A model generated the notes under the pieces. It had not been told where the DNA came from. It made no database searches and worked only from the letters and a program-made list of their open reading frames with translations. The position numbers and the translations under genes are program-made. A DNA stretch of 64,000 nt from NCBI GenBank assembly GCA_964016885.1, contig OZ024744.1, forward strand, positions 47,926,001 to 47,990,000. The letters are read 5' to 3'. Source of the DNA: Eledone cirrhosa. Lineage: Eukaryota. The first letter of the stretch is position 1; each line of letters opens with the position of its first letter. Shown here one piece after another: positions 13,701 through 30,000 of the stretch.

Positions 13701-16700
13701 ACTATCAAGACCAGAACTCCAACCACATCACATTAGACTATCAAGACCAGAACACCAACCACATTAGACTATCAAGACCAGAACACCAACCACATCACAT
13801 TAGACTATCAAGACCAGAACACGAACCACATCACATTAGACTATCAAGACCAGAACACCAACCACATCACATTAGACTATCAAGACCATAACACCAACCA
13901 CATTAGACTATCAAGACCATAACACCAACCACATTAGACTATCAAGACCAGAACACCAACCACATTAGACTATCAAGACCAGAACACCAACCACATTAGA
14001 CTATCAAGACCAGAACACCAACCACATCACATAAGACTATCAAGACCAGAACATAAACCACATCACATTAGCCTATCAAGACCAGAACACCAACCACATC
14101 ACATTAGACTATCAAGACCAGAACACCAACCACATCACATTAGACCATCAAGACCAGAACACCAACCACATCACATTAGACTATCAAGACCAGAACACCA
14201 ACCGCATCACATTAGACTATCAAGACCAGAACACCAACCACATTAGACTATCAAGACCAGAACACCAACCACATTAGACTATCAAGACCAGAACACCAAC
14301 CACATTAGACTATCAAGACCAGAACACCAACCACATCACATAAGACTATCAAGACCAGAACATAAACCACATCACATTAGACTATCAAGACCAGAACACC
14401 AACCACATCACATTAGACTATCAAGACCAGAACACCAACCACATCACATTAGACTATCAAGACCAGAACACTAACCCCATTAGACTATCAAGACCAGAAC
14501 ACCAACCACATTAGACTATCAAGACCAGAACACCAACCACATTAGACTATCAAGACCAGAACACCAACCACATTAGACTATCAAGACCAGAACTCCAACC
14601 ACATTAGACTATCAAGACCAGAACACCAACCACATCACATTAGACTATCAAGACCAGAACACCAACCACATTAGACTATCAAGACCAGAACACCAACAAT
14701 ATCATTTTAGACTATCAAGACCAGAACACCAACCACATTAGACTATCAAGACCAGAACACCAACAACATTAGACTATCAAGACCAGAACACCAACCACAT
14801 CACATTAGACTATCAAGACCAGAACACCAACCACGTTAGACTATCAAGACCAGAACACCAACCACATCACATTAGCCTATCAAGAACAGAACACCAACCA
14901 CATTAGACTATCAAGACCAGAACACCAACCACATTAGACTATCAAAACCAGAACACCAACCACATCACATTAGACTATCAAGACCAGAACACCAACCACA
15001 TTAGACTATCAAGACCAGAACACCAACCACATCACATTAGAATATCCAGACCAGAACACCTACCATATCACATTAGACTATCAAAACCTGAACACCAACC
15101 ACATCACATTAGACTATCAAGACCAGAACACCAACAACATCACATTAGACTATCAAGACCAGAACACCAACCACATTAGACTATCAAGAACATAACACCA
15201 ACAACATTAGACTATCAAGAACATAACACCAACCACATTAGACTATCAAGAACAGAACACCAACCACATTAGTCTATCAAGAACAGAACACCAACCACAT
15301 TAGACTATCAAGACCAGAACACCAACAACATCACATTAGCCTATCAACAACAGAACACCAACCACATTAGACTATCAAGACCAGAACACCAACCACATTA
15401 GACTATCAAGACCAGAACACCAACCACATCACATTAGACTATCAAGACCAGAACACCAACCACATTAGACTATCAACACCAGAACACCAACCACATCACA
15501 TTAGAATATCAAGACCAGAACACCAACCACATCACATTAGACTATCAAGACCTGAACACCAACCACATCACATTAGACTATCAAGACCAGAACACCAACC
15601 ACATTAGACTATCAAGAACATAACACCAGCAACATTAGACTATCAAGACCATAACACCAACCACATTAGACTATCAAGAACAGAACACCAACCACATTAG
15701 ACTATCAAGACCAGAACACCAACAACAATAGACTATCAAGACCAGAACACCAACCACATTAGACTATCAAGAACAGAACACCAACCACATTAGACTATCA
15801 AGACCAGAACACCAACCACATTAGACTATCAAGAACAGAACACCAACCACATTAGACTATCAAGAACAGAACACCAACCACATTAGACTATCAAGACCAG
15901 AACACCAACCACATTAGACTATCAAGACCAGAACACCAACCACATCACATTAGACTATCAAGACCAGAACACCAACCACATTAGACTATCAAGACCAGAA
16001 CACCAACCACATCACATTAGACTATCAAGACCAGAACACCAACCACATCACATTAGACTATCACGACCTGAACACCAACCACATCACATTAGACTATCAA
16101 GACCAGAACACCAACAACATCACATTAGACTATCAAGACCAGAACACCAACCACATTAGACTATCAAGAACAGAACACCAACAACATTAGACTATCAAGA
16201 CCATAACACCAACCACATTAGACTATCAAGAACAGAACACTAACCACATTAGACTATCAAGACCAGAACACCAACAACAATAGACTATCAAGACCAGAAC
16301 ACCAACCACATTAGACTATCAAGAACAGAACACCAACCACATTAGACAATCAAGACCAGAACACCAACCACATTAGACTATCAAGAACAGAAAACCAACC
16401 ACATTAGACTATCAAGAACAGAACACCAACCACATTAGACTATCAAGACCAGAACACCAACCACATCACATTAGCCTATCAAGAACAGAACACCAACCAC
16501 ATTAGACTATCAAGACCAGAAGACCAACCACATTAGACTATCAAAACCAGAACACCAACCACATCACATTAGACTATCAAGACCAGAACAGCACCCACAT
16601 TAGACTATCAAGACCAGAACACCAACCACATCACATTAGAATATCAAGACCAGAACACCAACCATATCACATTAGACTATCAAGACCTGAACACCAACCA

Positions 16701-19700
16701 CATCACATTAGACTATCAAGACCAGAACACCAACAACATCACATTAGACTATCAAGACCAGAACACCAACCACATTAGACTATCAAGAACATAACACCAA
16801 CAACATTAGACTATCAAGACCATAACACCAACCACATTAGACTATCAAGAACAGAATACCAACCACATTAGACTATCAAGACCAGAACACCAACAACAAA
16901 AGACTATCAAGTCCAGAACACCAACCACATTAGACTATCAAGAACAGAACACCAACCACATTAGACTATCAAGACCAGAACACCAACCACATTAGACTAT
17001 CAAGAACAGAACACCAACCACATTAGACTATCAAGAACAGAACACCAACCACATTAGACTATCAAGACCAGAACACCAACCACATCACATTAGCCTATCA
17101 AGAACAGAACACCAACCACATTAGACTATCAAGACCAGAACACCAACCACATTAGACTATCAAGACAAGAACACCAACCACTTCACATTAGACTATCAAG
17201 ACCAGAACACCAACCACATTAGACTATCAAGACCAGAACACCAACCACATCACATTAGAATATCAAGACCAGAACACCAACCACATCACATTAGACTATC
17301 AAGACCTGAACACCAACCTCATCACATTAGACTATCAAGACCAGAACACCAACAACATCACATTAGACTATCAAGACCAGAACACCAACCACATTAGACT
17401 ATCAAGAACAGAACACCAACAACATTAGACTATCAGGACCATAACACCAACCACATTAGACTATCAAGAACAGAACACCAACCACATTAGACTATCAAGA
17501 CCAGAACACCAACAACATTAGACTATCAAGACCAGAACACCAACCACATTAGACTATCAAGGACAGAACACCAACCATATTAGACTATCAAGACCAGAAC
17601 ACCAACCACATTAGACTATCAAGAACAGAACACCAACCACATTAGACTATCAAGAACAGAACACCAACCACATTAGACTATCAAGACCAGAACACCAACC
17701 ACATCACATTAGCCTATCAAGAACAGAACACCAACCACATTAGACTATCAAGACCAGAACACCAACCACATTAGACTATCAAGAACAGAACACAAACCAC
17801 ATTAGACTATCAAGACCAGAACACCAACCACATTAGACTATCAAGACCAGAACACCAAACACATTACACTATCAAGAACAGAACACCAACCACATTAGAC
17901 TATCAAGAACAGAACACCAACCACATTAGACTATCAAGAACAGAACACCAACCACATTAGACTATCAAGAACAGAACACCAACCACATTAGACTATCAAG
18001 AACAGAACACCAACCACATTAGACTATCAAGAACAGAACACAAACCACATTAGACTATCAAGACCAGAACATTAACAACATCACATAGTCTATCAAGACC
18101 AGAACAGCAACAACATCACATTAGACTATCAAGACCAGAACACCACCCACATCACATTAGACTATCAAGACCAGAACACCAAACACATCACATTAGACTA
18201 TCAAGACCAGAACACCAACCACATTAGACTACCAAGACCAGAACACCAACCACATCACATTGGACTATTAAGACCAGAACACCAACCACATTAGACTATC
18301 AAGACCAGAACTCCAACCACATTAGACTATCAAGACCAGAACACCAACCACATCACATTAGACTATCAAAACCATAACACCAACCACATTAGACTATCAA
18401 GACCATAACACCAACCACATTAGACTATCAAGACCAGAACAACAACTAGATCACATTAGACTATCAAGACCAGAACATCAACAATATCATTTTAGACTAT
18501 CAAGACCAGAACACCAACAACATAACATTAGACTATCAAGACCAGAACACCAACCACATCACATTAGACTATCAAGACCAGAACACCAACCACATCACAT
18601 TAGACTATCAAGACCAGAACACCAACCACATCACATTAGACTATCAAGACGTGAACACCAACCACATTAGACTATCAAGACCAGAACACCAACCACATTA
18701 GACTATCAAGACCAGAACACCAACCACATTAGACTATCAAGACCAGAACACCAACCACATCACATTAGACTATCAAGACCAGAACACCAACCACATTAGA
18801 TTTCAAGACCAGAACACCAACCACATTATACTATCAAGACCAGAACACCAACCACATCACATCAGAATATCAAGACCAGAACACCAACCACATTAGACTA
18901 TCAAGACCAGAACACCAACCACATCACATTAGACTATCAAGAACAGAACACCAACCACATCACATTAGACTATCAAGACCAGTACACCAACCACATCACA
19001 TTAGACTATCAAGACCAGAACACCAACCACATCACATTAGACTATCAAGACGTGAACACCAACCACATTAGACTATCAAGACCAGAACACCAACAACATT
19101 AGACTATCAAGACCAGAACACCAACCACATTAGACTATCAAGACCAGAACACCAACCACATCACATTAGACTATCAAGACCAGAACACCAACAACATCAC
19201 ATTAGACTACCAAGACCATAACACCAACCATATTAAACTATCAAGACCAGAACACCAACCACATCACATTAGACTATCAAGACCAGAACACCAACCACAT
19301 TAGACTATCAAGACCAGAACACCAATCACATTAGACTATCAAGACCAGAACACCAACCACATCACATTAGAATATCAAGACCAGAACACCAACCACATTA
19401 GACTATCAAGACCAGAACACCAACCACATCACATTAGACTATCAAGACCAGAACACCAACCACATTAGACTATACAGAACAGAACACCAACCACATTAGA
19501 CTATCAAGAAAAGAACACCAACCACATTAGACTATCAAGACCAGAACACCAACCACATCACATTAGACTATCAAGACCAGAACACTAACCACATTAGACT
19601 ATCAAGACCAGAACACTAACAACATCACATAGTCTATCAAGACCAGAACACCAACAACATCACAATAGACTATAAAGACCAGAACACCAACAACATCACA

Positions 19701-21050
19701 TTAGACTATCAAGACCAGAACACCACCCACATCACATTAGACTATCAAAACCAGAACACCAAACACATCACATAAGACTATCAAGACCAGAACACCAACC
19801 ACATTAGACTACCATGACCAGAACAACAACCACATCACATGAGACTATTAAGACCAGAACACCAACCACATCACATTAGACTATCAAGACCAGAACACCA
19901 ACCACATTAGACTATCAAGACCAGAACTCCAACCACATCACATTAGACTATCAAGACCAGAACACCAACCACATTAGACTATCAAGACCAGAACACCAAC
20001 CACATCACATTAGACTATCAAGACCAGAACACCAACCACATCACATTAGACTATCAAGACCAGAACACCAACCACATCACATTAGACTATCAAGACCATA
20101 ACACCAACCACATTAGACTATCAAGACCATAACACCAACCACATTAGACTATCAAGACCAGAACACCAACCACATTAGACTATCAAGACCAGAACACCAA
20201 CCACATTAGACTATCAAGACCAGAACACCAACCACATCACATAAGACTATCAAGACCAGAACATAAACCACATCACATTAGATTATCAAGACCAGAACAC
20301 CAACCACATCACATTAGACTATCAAGACCAGAACACCAACCACATCACATTAGACCATCAAGACCAGAACACCAACCACATCACATTAGACTATCAAGAC
20401 CAGAACACCAACCACATCACATTAGACTATCAAGACCAGAACACCAACCACATTAGACTATCAAGACCAGAACACCAACCACATTAGACTATCAAGACCA
20501 GAACACCAACCACATTAGACTATCAAGACCAGAACACCAACCACATCACATAAGACTATCAAGACCAGAACATAAACCACATCACATTAGACTATCAAGA
20601 CCAGAACACCAACCACATCACATTAGACTATCAAGACCAGAACACCAACCACATCACATTAGACTATCAAGACCAGAACACTAACCACATTAGACTATCA
20701 AGACCAGAACACCAACCACATTAGACTATCAAGACCAGAACACCAACCACATTAGACTATCAAGACCAGAACACCAACCACATTAGACTATCAAGACCAG
20801 AACTCCAACCACATTAGACTATCAAGACCAGAACACCAACCACATCACATTAGACTATCAAGACCAGAACACCAACAATATCATTTTAGACTATCAAGAC
20901 CAGAACACCAACCACATTAGACTATCAAGACCAGAACACCAACAACATTAGACTATCAAGACCAGAACACCAACCACATCACATTAGACTATCAAGACCA
21001 GAACACCAACCACGTTAGACTATCAAGACCAGAACACCAACCACATCACA
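9900..21050 (+). repeat. Older ~6.2-kb-offset duplication (about 9,900-14,870 vs 16,150-21,050)
   Basis: GCACCC 10350/16591, CAACAAAAGA 10653/16894 and GGACAG 11320/17561 (+6241); AACAACTAGA 12231/18441 (+6210); CACGTT 14832/21011 (+6179). Several single-base differences separate the copies. Confidence 0.85.
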
Positions 21051-24000
21051 TTTGACTATCAAGACCAGAACACCAACCACATCACATTAGACTATCAAGA
21101 CCAGAACACAAACCACATCACATTAGACTATCAAGACCAGAACACCAACCACATCACATTAGACTATCAAGACCAGAACACCAACCACATTAGACTATCA
21201 AGACCAGAACTCCAACCACATTAGACTATCAAGAGAAGAACACCAACCACATCACATTAGACTATCAAGACCAGAACTCCAACCACATTAGACTATCAAG
21301 ACCAGAACACCAACAACATTAGACTATCAACACCAGAACACCAACCACATTAGACTATCAAGACCAGAACTCCAACCACATTAGACTATCAAGACCAGAA
21401 CACCAACCACATTAGACTATCAAGACCAGAACACCAACCACATTAGACTATCAAGACCAGAACACCAACCACATCACATTAGACTATCAAGACCAGAACA
21501 CCAACCACATTAGACTATCAAGACCAGAACACCAACCACATCACATTAGACTATCAAGACCAGAACACCAACCACATTAGACTATCAAGACCAGAACACC
21601 AACCACATTAGACTATCAAAACCAGAACACCAACCACATTAGACTATCAAGACCAGAACACCAACCACATCACATTAGACTATCAAGACCAGAACACCAA
21701 CCACATTAGACTATCAAGACCAGAACACCAACCACATTAGACTATCAAGACCAGAACACCAACCACATTAGACTATCAAGACCATAACACCAACCACATC
21801 ACATCAGACTATCAAGAGCAGAACACCAACCACATTAGACTATCAAGACCAGAACACCAACCACATTAGACAATCAAGAACAGAACTCCAACCACATTAC
21901 AATATCAAGACCAGAACACCAACCACATCACATTAGACTATCAAGACCAGAACACCAACCACATCACATTAGACTATCAAGACCAGAACACCAACCACAT
22001 TAGACTATCATGACCAGAACACCAACCACATTAGACTATCAAGACCATAACACCAACCACATCACATCAGACTATCAAGAGCAGAACACCAACCACATTA
22101 GACTATCAAGACCAGAACACCAACCACATTAGACTATCAAGACCAGAACACCAACCACATTAGACTATCAAGACCAGAACACCAACCACATTAGACTATC
22201 AAGACCAGAACACCAACCACATTAGACTATCAAGAACAGAACACCAACCACATTAGACTATCAAGACCAGAACACCAACCACATTAGACTATCAAGACCA
22301 GAACACCAACCACATCACATAAGACTATCAAGACCAGAACATAAACCACATCACATTAGACTATCAAGACCAGAACACCAACCACATCACATTAGACTAT
22401 CAAGACCAGAGCACCAACCACATCACATTAGACTATCAAGACCTGAACACCAACCACATCACATTAGACTATCAAGACCAGAACACCAACAACATCACAT
22501 TAGACTATCAAGACCAGAACACCAACCACATTAGACTATCAAGAACAGAACACCAACAACATTAGACTATCAAGACCATAACACCAACCACATTAGACTA
22601 TCAAGAACAGAACACCAACCACATTAGACTATCAAGACCAGAACACCAACAACAATAGACTATCAAGACCAGAACACCAACCACATTAGACTATCAAGAA
22701 CAGAACACCAACCACATTAGACTATCAAGACAAGAACACCAACCACATTAGACTATCAAGAACAGAACACCAACCACATTAGACTATCAAGACCAGAACA
22801 CCAACCACATCACATTAGCCTATCAAGAACAGAACACCAACCACATTAGACTATCAAGACCAGAACACCAACCACATTATACTATCAAAACCAGAACACC
22901 AACCACATCACATTAGACTATCAAGACCAGAACACCAACCACATTAGACTATCAAGACCAGAACACCAACCACATCACATTAGAATATCCAGACCAGAAC
23001 ACCAACCATATCACATTAGACTATCAAGACCTGAACACCAACAACATCACATTAGACTATCAAGACCAGAACACCAACAACATCACATTAGACTATCAAG
23101 ACCAGAAGACCAACCACATTAGACTATCAAGAACATAACACCAACAACATTAGACTATCAAGAACATAACACCAACCACATTAGACTATCAAGAACAGAA
23201 CACCAACCACATTAGACTATCAAGAACAGAATACCAACCACATTAGACTATCAAGACCAGAACACCAACAACATCACATTAGCCTATCAAGAACAGAACA
23301 CCAACCACATTAGACTATCAAGACCAGAACACCAACCACATTAGACTATCAAGACCAGAACACCAACCACATCACATTAGACTATCAAGACCAGAACACC
23401 AACCACATTAGACTATCAAGACAAGAACACCAACCACATCACATTAGAATATCAAGACCAGAACACCAATCACATCACATTAGACTATCAAGACCTGAAC
23501 ACCAACCACATCACATTAGACTATCAACACCAGAACACCAACAACATCACATTAGACTATCAAGACCAGAACACCAACCACATTAGACTATCAAGAACAT
23601 AACACCAGCAACATTAGACTATCAATACCATAACACCAACCACATTAGACTATCAAGAACAGAACACCAACCACATTAGACTATCAAGACCAGAACACCA
23701 ACAACAATAGACTATCAAGACCAGAACACCAACCACATTAGACTATCAAGAACAGAACACCAACCATATTAGACTATCAAGACCAGAACACCAACCACAT
23801 TAGACTATCAAGAACAGAACACCAACCACATTAGACTATCAAGAACAGAACACCAACCACATTAGACTATCAAGACCAGAACAACAACCACATTAGACTA
23901 TCAAGACCAGAACACCAACCACATCACATTAGACTATCAAGACCAGAACACCAACCACATTAGACTATCAAGACCAGAACACCAACCACATCACATTAGA

Positions 24001-27000
24001 CTATCAAGACCAGAACACCAACCACATCACATTAGACTATCAAGACCTGAACACCAACCACATCACATTAGACTATCAAGACCAGAACACCAACAACATC
24101 ACATTAGACTATCAAGACCAGAACACCAACCACATTAGACTATCAAGAACAGAACACCAACAACATTAGACTATCAAGACCATAACACCAACCACATTAG
24201 ACTATCAAGAACAGAACACCAACCACATTAGACTATCAAGACCAGAACACCAACAACAATAGACTATCAAGACCAGAACACCAACCACATTAGACTATCA
24301 AGAACAGAACACCAACCACATTAGACTATCAAGACCAGACCACCAACCACATTAGACTATCAAGAACAGAATACCAACCACATTAGACTATCAAGAACAG
24401 AACACCAACCACATTAGACTATCAAGACCAGAACACCAACCACATCACATTAGCCTATCTAGAACAGAACACCAACCACATTAGACTATCAAGACCAGAA
24501 CACCAACCACATTAGACTATCAAAACCAGAACACCAACCACATCACATTAGACTATCAAGACCAGAACACCACCCACATTAGACTATCAAGACCAGAACA
24601 CCAACCACATCACATTAGAATATCAAGACCAGAACACCAACCATATCACATTAGACTATCAAGACCTGAACACCAACCACATCACATTAGACTATCAAGA
24701 CCAGAACACCAACAACATCACATTAGACTATCAAGACCAGAACACAAACCACATTAGACTATCAAGAACATAACACCAACAACATTAGACTATCAAGACC
24801 ATAACACCCACCACATTAGACTATCAAGAACAGAATACCAACCACATTAGACTATCAAGACCAGAACACCAACAACAATAGACTATCAAGACCAGAACAC
24901 CAACCACATTAGACTATCAAGAACAGAACACCAACCACATTAGACTATCAAGACCAGAACACCAACCACATTAGACTATCAAGAACAGAACACCAACCAC
25001 ACTAGACTATCAAGAACAGAACACCAACCACATTAGTCTATCAAGACCAGAACACCAACCACATCACATTAGCCTATCAAGAACAGAACACCAACCACAT
25101 TAGACTATCAAGACCAGAACACCAACCACATTAGACTATCAAGACAAGAACACCAACCACATCACATTAGACTATCAAGACCAGAACACCAACCACATCA
25201 GATTAGACTATCCTGACCAGAACACCAACCACATTAGACTATCAAGAACAGAACTCCAACCACATTACACTATCAAGACCAGAACTCCAACCACATCACA
25301 TTAGACTATCAAGACCAGAACACCAACCACATCACATTAGACTATCAAGACCAGAACACCAACCACATTAGACTATCATGACCAGAACACCAACCACATT
25401 AGACTATCAAGACCATAACACCAACCACATCACATCAGACTATCAAGAGCAGAACACCAACCACATTAGACTATCAAGACCAGAACACCAACCACATTAG
25501 ACTATCAAGACCAGAACACCAACCACATTAGACTATCAAGACCAGAACACCAACCACATTAGACTATCAAGACCAGAACACCAACCACATTAGACTATCA
25601 AGACCAGAACACCAACCACATTAGACTATCAAGACCAGAACACCAACCACATTAGACTATCAAGACCAGAACACCAACCACATTAGACTATCAAGACCAG
25701 AACACCAACCACATCACATAAGACTATCAAGACCAGAACATAAACCACATCACATTAGACTATCAAGACCAGAACACCAACCACATCACATTAGACTATC
25801 AAGACCAGAACACCAACCACATCACATTAGACTATCAAGACCTGAACACCAACCACATCACATTAGACTATCAAGACCAGAACACCAACAACATCACATT
25901 AGACTATCAAGACCAGAACACCAACCACATTAGACTATCAAGAACAGAACACCAACAACATTAGACTATCAAGACCATAACACCAACCACATTAGACTAT
26001 CAAGACCAGAACACCAACCACATTAGACTATCAAGAACATAACACCAACAACATTAGACTATCAAGAACATAACACCAACCACATTAGACTATCAAGAAC
26101 AGAACACCAACCACATTAGACTATCAAGAACAGAATACCAACCACATTAGACTATCAAGACCAGAACACCAACAACATCACATTAGCCTATCAAGAACAG
26201 AACACCAACCACATTAGACTATCAAGACCAGAACACCAACCACATTAGACTATCAAGACCAGAACACCAACCACATCACATTAGACTATCAAGACCAGAA
26301 CACCAACCACATTAGACTATCAAGACTAGAACACCAACCACATCACATTAGAATATCAAGACCAGAACACCAATCACATCACATTAGACTATCAAGACCT
26401 GAACACCAACCACATCACATTAGACTATCAACACCAGAACACCAACAACATCACATTAGACTATCAAGACCAGAACACCAACCACATTAGACTATCAAGA
26501 ACATAGCACCAGCAACATTAGACTATCAATACCATAACACCAACCACATTAGACTATCAAGAACAGAACACCAACCACATTAGACTATCAAGACCAGAAC
26601 ACCAACAACAATAGACTATCAAGACCAGAACACCAACCACATTAGACTATCAAGAACAGAACACCAACCATATTAGACTATCAAGACCAGAACACCAACC
26701 ACATTAGACTATCAAGAACAGAACACCAACCATATTAGACTATCAAGACCAGAACACCAACCACATTAGACTATCAAGAACAGAACACCAACCACATTAG
26801 ACTATCAAGAACAGAACACCAACCACATTAGACTATCAAGACCAGAACACCAACCACATCACATTAGCCTATCAAGAACAGAACACCAACCACATTAGAC
26901 TATCAAGACCAGAACACCAACCACATTAGACTATCAAGAACAGAACACAAACAACATTAGACTATCAAGACCAGAACACCAACCACATTAGACTATCAAG

Positions 27001-30000
27001 ACCAGAACACCAAACACATTACACTATCAAGAACAGAACACCAACCACATTAGACTATCAAGAACAGAACACCAACCACATTAGACTATCAAGAACAGAA
27101 CACCAACCACATTAGACTATCAAGAACAGAACACCAACCACATTAGACTATCAAGAACAGAACACCAACCACATTAGACTATCAAGAACAGAACACAAAC
27201 CACATTAGACTATCAAGACCAGAACATTAACAGCATCACATAGTCTATCAAGACCAGAACAGCAACAACATCACATTAGACTATCAAGACCAGAACACCA
27301 CCCACATCACATTAGACTATCAAGACCAGAACACCAAACACATCACATTAGACTATCAAGACCAGAACACCAACCACATTAGACTACCAAGACCAGAACA
27401 CCAACCACATCACTTTGGACTATTAAGACCAGAACACCAACCACATTAGACTATCAAGACCAGAACTCCAACCACATTAGACTATCAAGACCAGAACACC
27501 AACCACATCACATTAGACTATCAAAACCATAACACCAACCACATTAGACTATCAAGACCATAACACCAACCACATTAGACTATCAAGACCAGAACAACAA
27601 CTAGATCACATTAGACTATCAAGACCAGAACATCAACAATATCATTTTAGACTATCAAGACCAGAACACCAACAACATAACATTAGACTATCAAGACCAG
27701 AACACCAACCACATCACATTAGACTATCAAGACCGGAACACCAACCACATCACATTAGACTATCAAGACCAGAACACCAACCACATCACATTAGACTATC
27801 AAGACGTGAACACCAACCACATTAGACTATCAAGACCAGAACACCAACCACATTAGACTATCAAGACCAGAACACCAACCACATTAGACTATCAAGACCA
27901 GAACACCAACCACATCACATTAGACTATCAAGACCAGAACACCAACCACATTAGATTTCAAGACCAGAACACCAACCACATTATACTATCAAGACCAGAA
28001 CACCAACCACATTAGACTATCAAGACCAGAACACCAACCACATCACATTAGACTATCAAGAACAGAACACCAACCACATCACATTAGACTATCAAGACCA
28101 GTACACCAACCACATCACATTAGACTATCAAGACCAGAACACCAACCACATCACATTAGACTATCAAGACGTGAACACCAACCACATTAGACTATCAAGA
28201 CCAGAACACCAACAACATTAGACTATCAAGACCAGAACACCAACCACATTAGACTATCAAGACCAGAACACCAACCACATCACATTAGACTATCAAGACC
28301 AGAACACCAACAACATCACATTAGACTACCAAGACCATAACACCAACCATATTAAACTATCAAGACCAGAACACCAACCACATCACATTAGACTATCAAG
28401 ACCAGAACACCAACCACATTAGACTATCAAGACCAGAACACCAATCACATTAGACTATCAAGACCAGAACACCAACCACATCACATTAGAATATCAAGAC
28501 CAGAACACCAACCACATTAGACTATCAAGACCAGAACACCAACCACATCACATTAGACTATCAAGACCAGAACACCAACCACATTAGACTATCAAGAACA
28601 GAACACCAACCACATTAGACTATCAAGAAAAGAACACCAACCACATTAGACTATCAAGACCAGAACACCAACCACATCACATTAGACTATCAAGACCAGA
28701 ACACTAACCACATTAGACTATCAAGACCAGAACACTAACAACATCACATAGTCTATCAAGACCAGAACACCAACAACATCACAATAGACTATAAAGACCA
28801 GAACACCAACAACATCACATTAGACTATCAAGACCAGAACACCACCCACATCACATTAGACTATCAAAACCAGAACACCAAACACATCACATAAGACTAT
28901 CAAGACCAGAACACCAACCACATTAGACTACCATGACCAGAACAACAACCACATCACATTAGACTATTAAGACCAGAACACCAACCACATCACATTAGAC
29001 TATCAAGACCAGAACACCAACCACATTAGACTATCAAGACCAGAACTCCAACCACATCACATTAGACTATCAAGACCAGAACACCAACCACATTAGACTA
29101 TCAAGACCAGAACACCAACCACATCACATTAGACTATCAAGACCAGAACACCAACCACATCACATTAGACTATCAAGACCAGAACACCAACCACATCACA
29201 TTAGACTATCAAGACCATAACACCAACCACATTAGACTATCAAGACCATAACACCAACCACATTAGACTATCAAGACCAGAACACCAACCACATTAGACT
29301 ATCAAGACCAGAACACCAACCACATTAGACTATCAAGACCAGAACACCAATCACATCACATAAGACTATCAAGACCAGAACATAAACCACATCACATTAG
29401 ACTATCAAGACCAGAACACCAACCACATCACATTAGACTATCAAGACCAGAACACCAACCACATCACATTAGACCATCAAGACCAGAACACCAACCACAT
29501 CACATTAGACTATCAAGACCAGAACACCAACCACATCACATTAGACTATCAAGATCAGAACACCAACCACATTAGACTATCAAGACCAGAACACCAACCA
29601 CATTAGACTATCAAGACCAGAACACCAACCACATTAGACTATCAAGACCAGAACACCAACCACATCACATAAGACTATCAAGACCAGAACATAAACCACA
29701 TCACATTAGACTATCAAGACCAGAACACCAACCACATCACATTAGACTATCAAGACCAGAACACCAACCACATCACATTAGACTATCAAGACCAGAACAC
29801 TAACCACATTAGACTATCAAGACCAGAACACCAACCACATTAGACTATCAAGACCAGAACACCAACCACATTAGACTATCAAGACCAGAACACCAACCAC
29901 ATTAGACTATCAAGACCAGAACTCCAACCACATTAGACTATCAAGACCAGAACACCAACCACATCACATTAGACTATCAAGACCAGAACACCAACAATAT

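Noticed and set aside
19471-19480. TATACAGAAC variant (CA swapped to AC)
   Set aside because: It is a singleton, absent from the homologous copies near 28590, 43110 and 52230. It may be a consensus error and is not informative alone.
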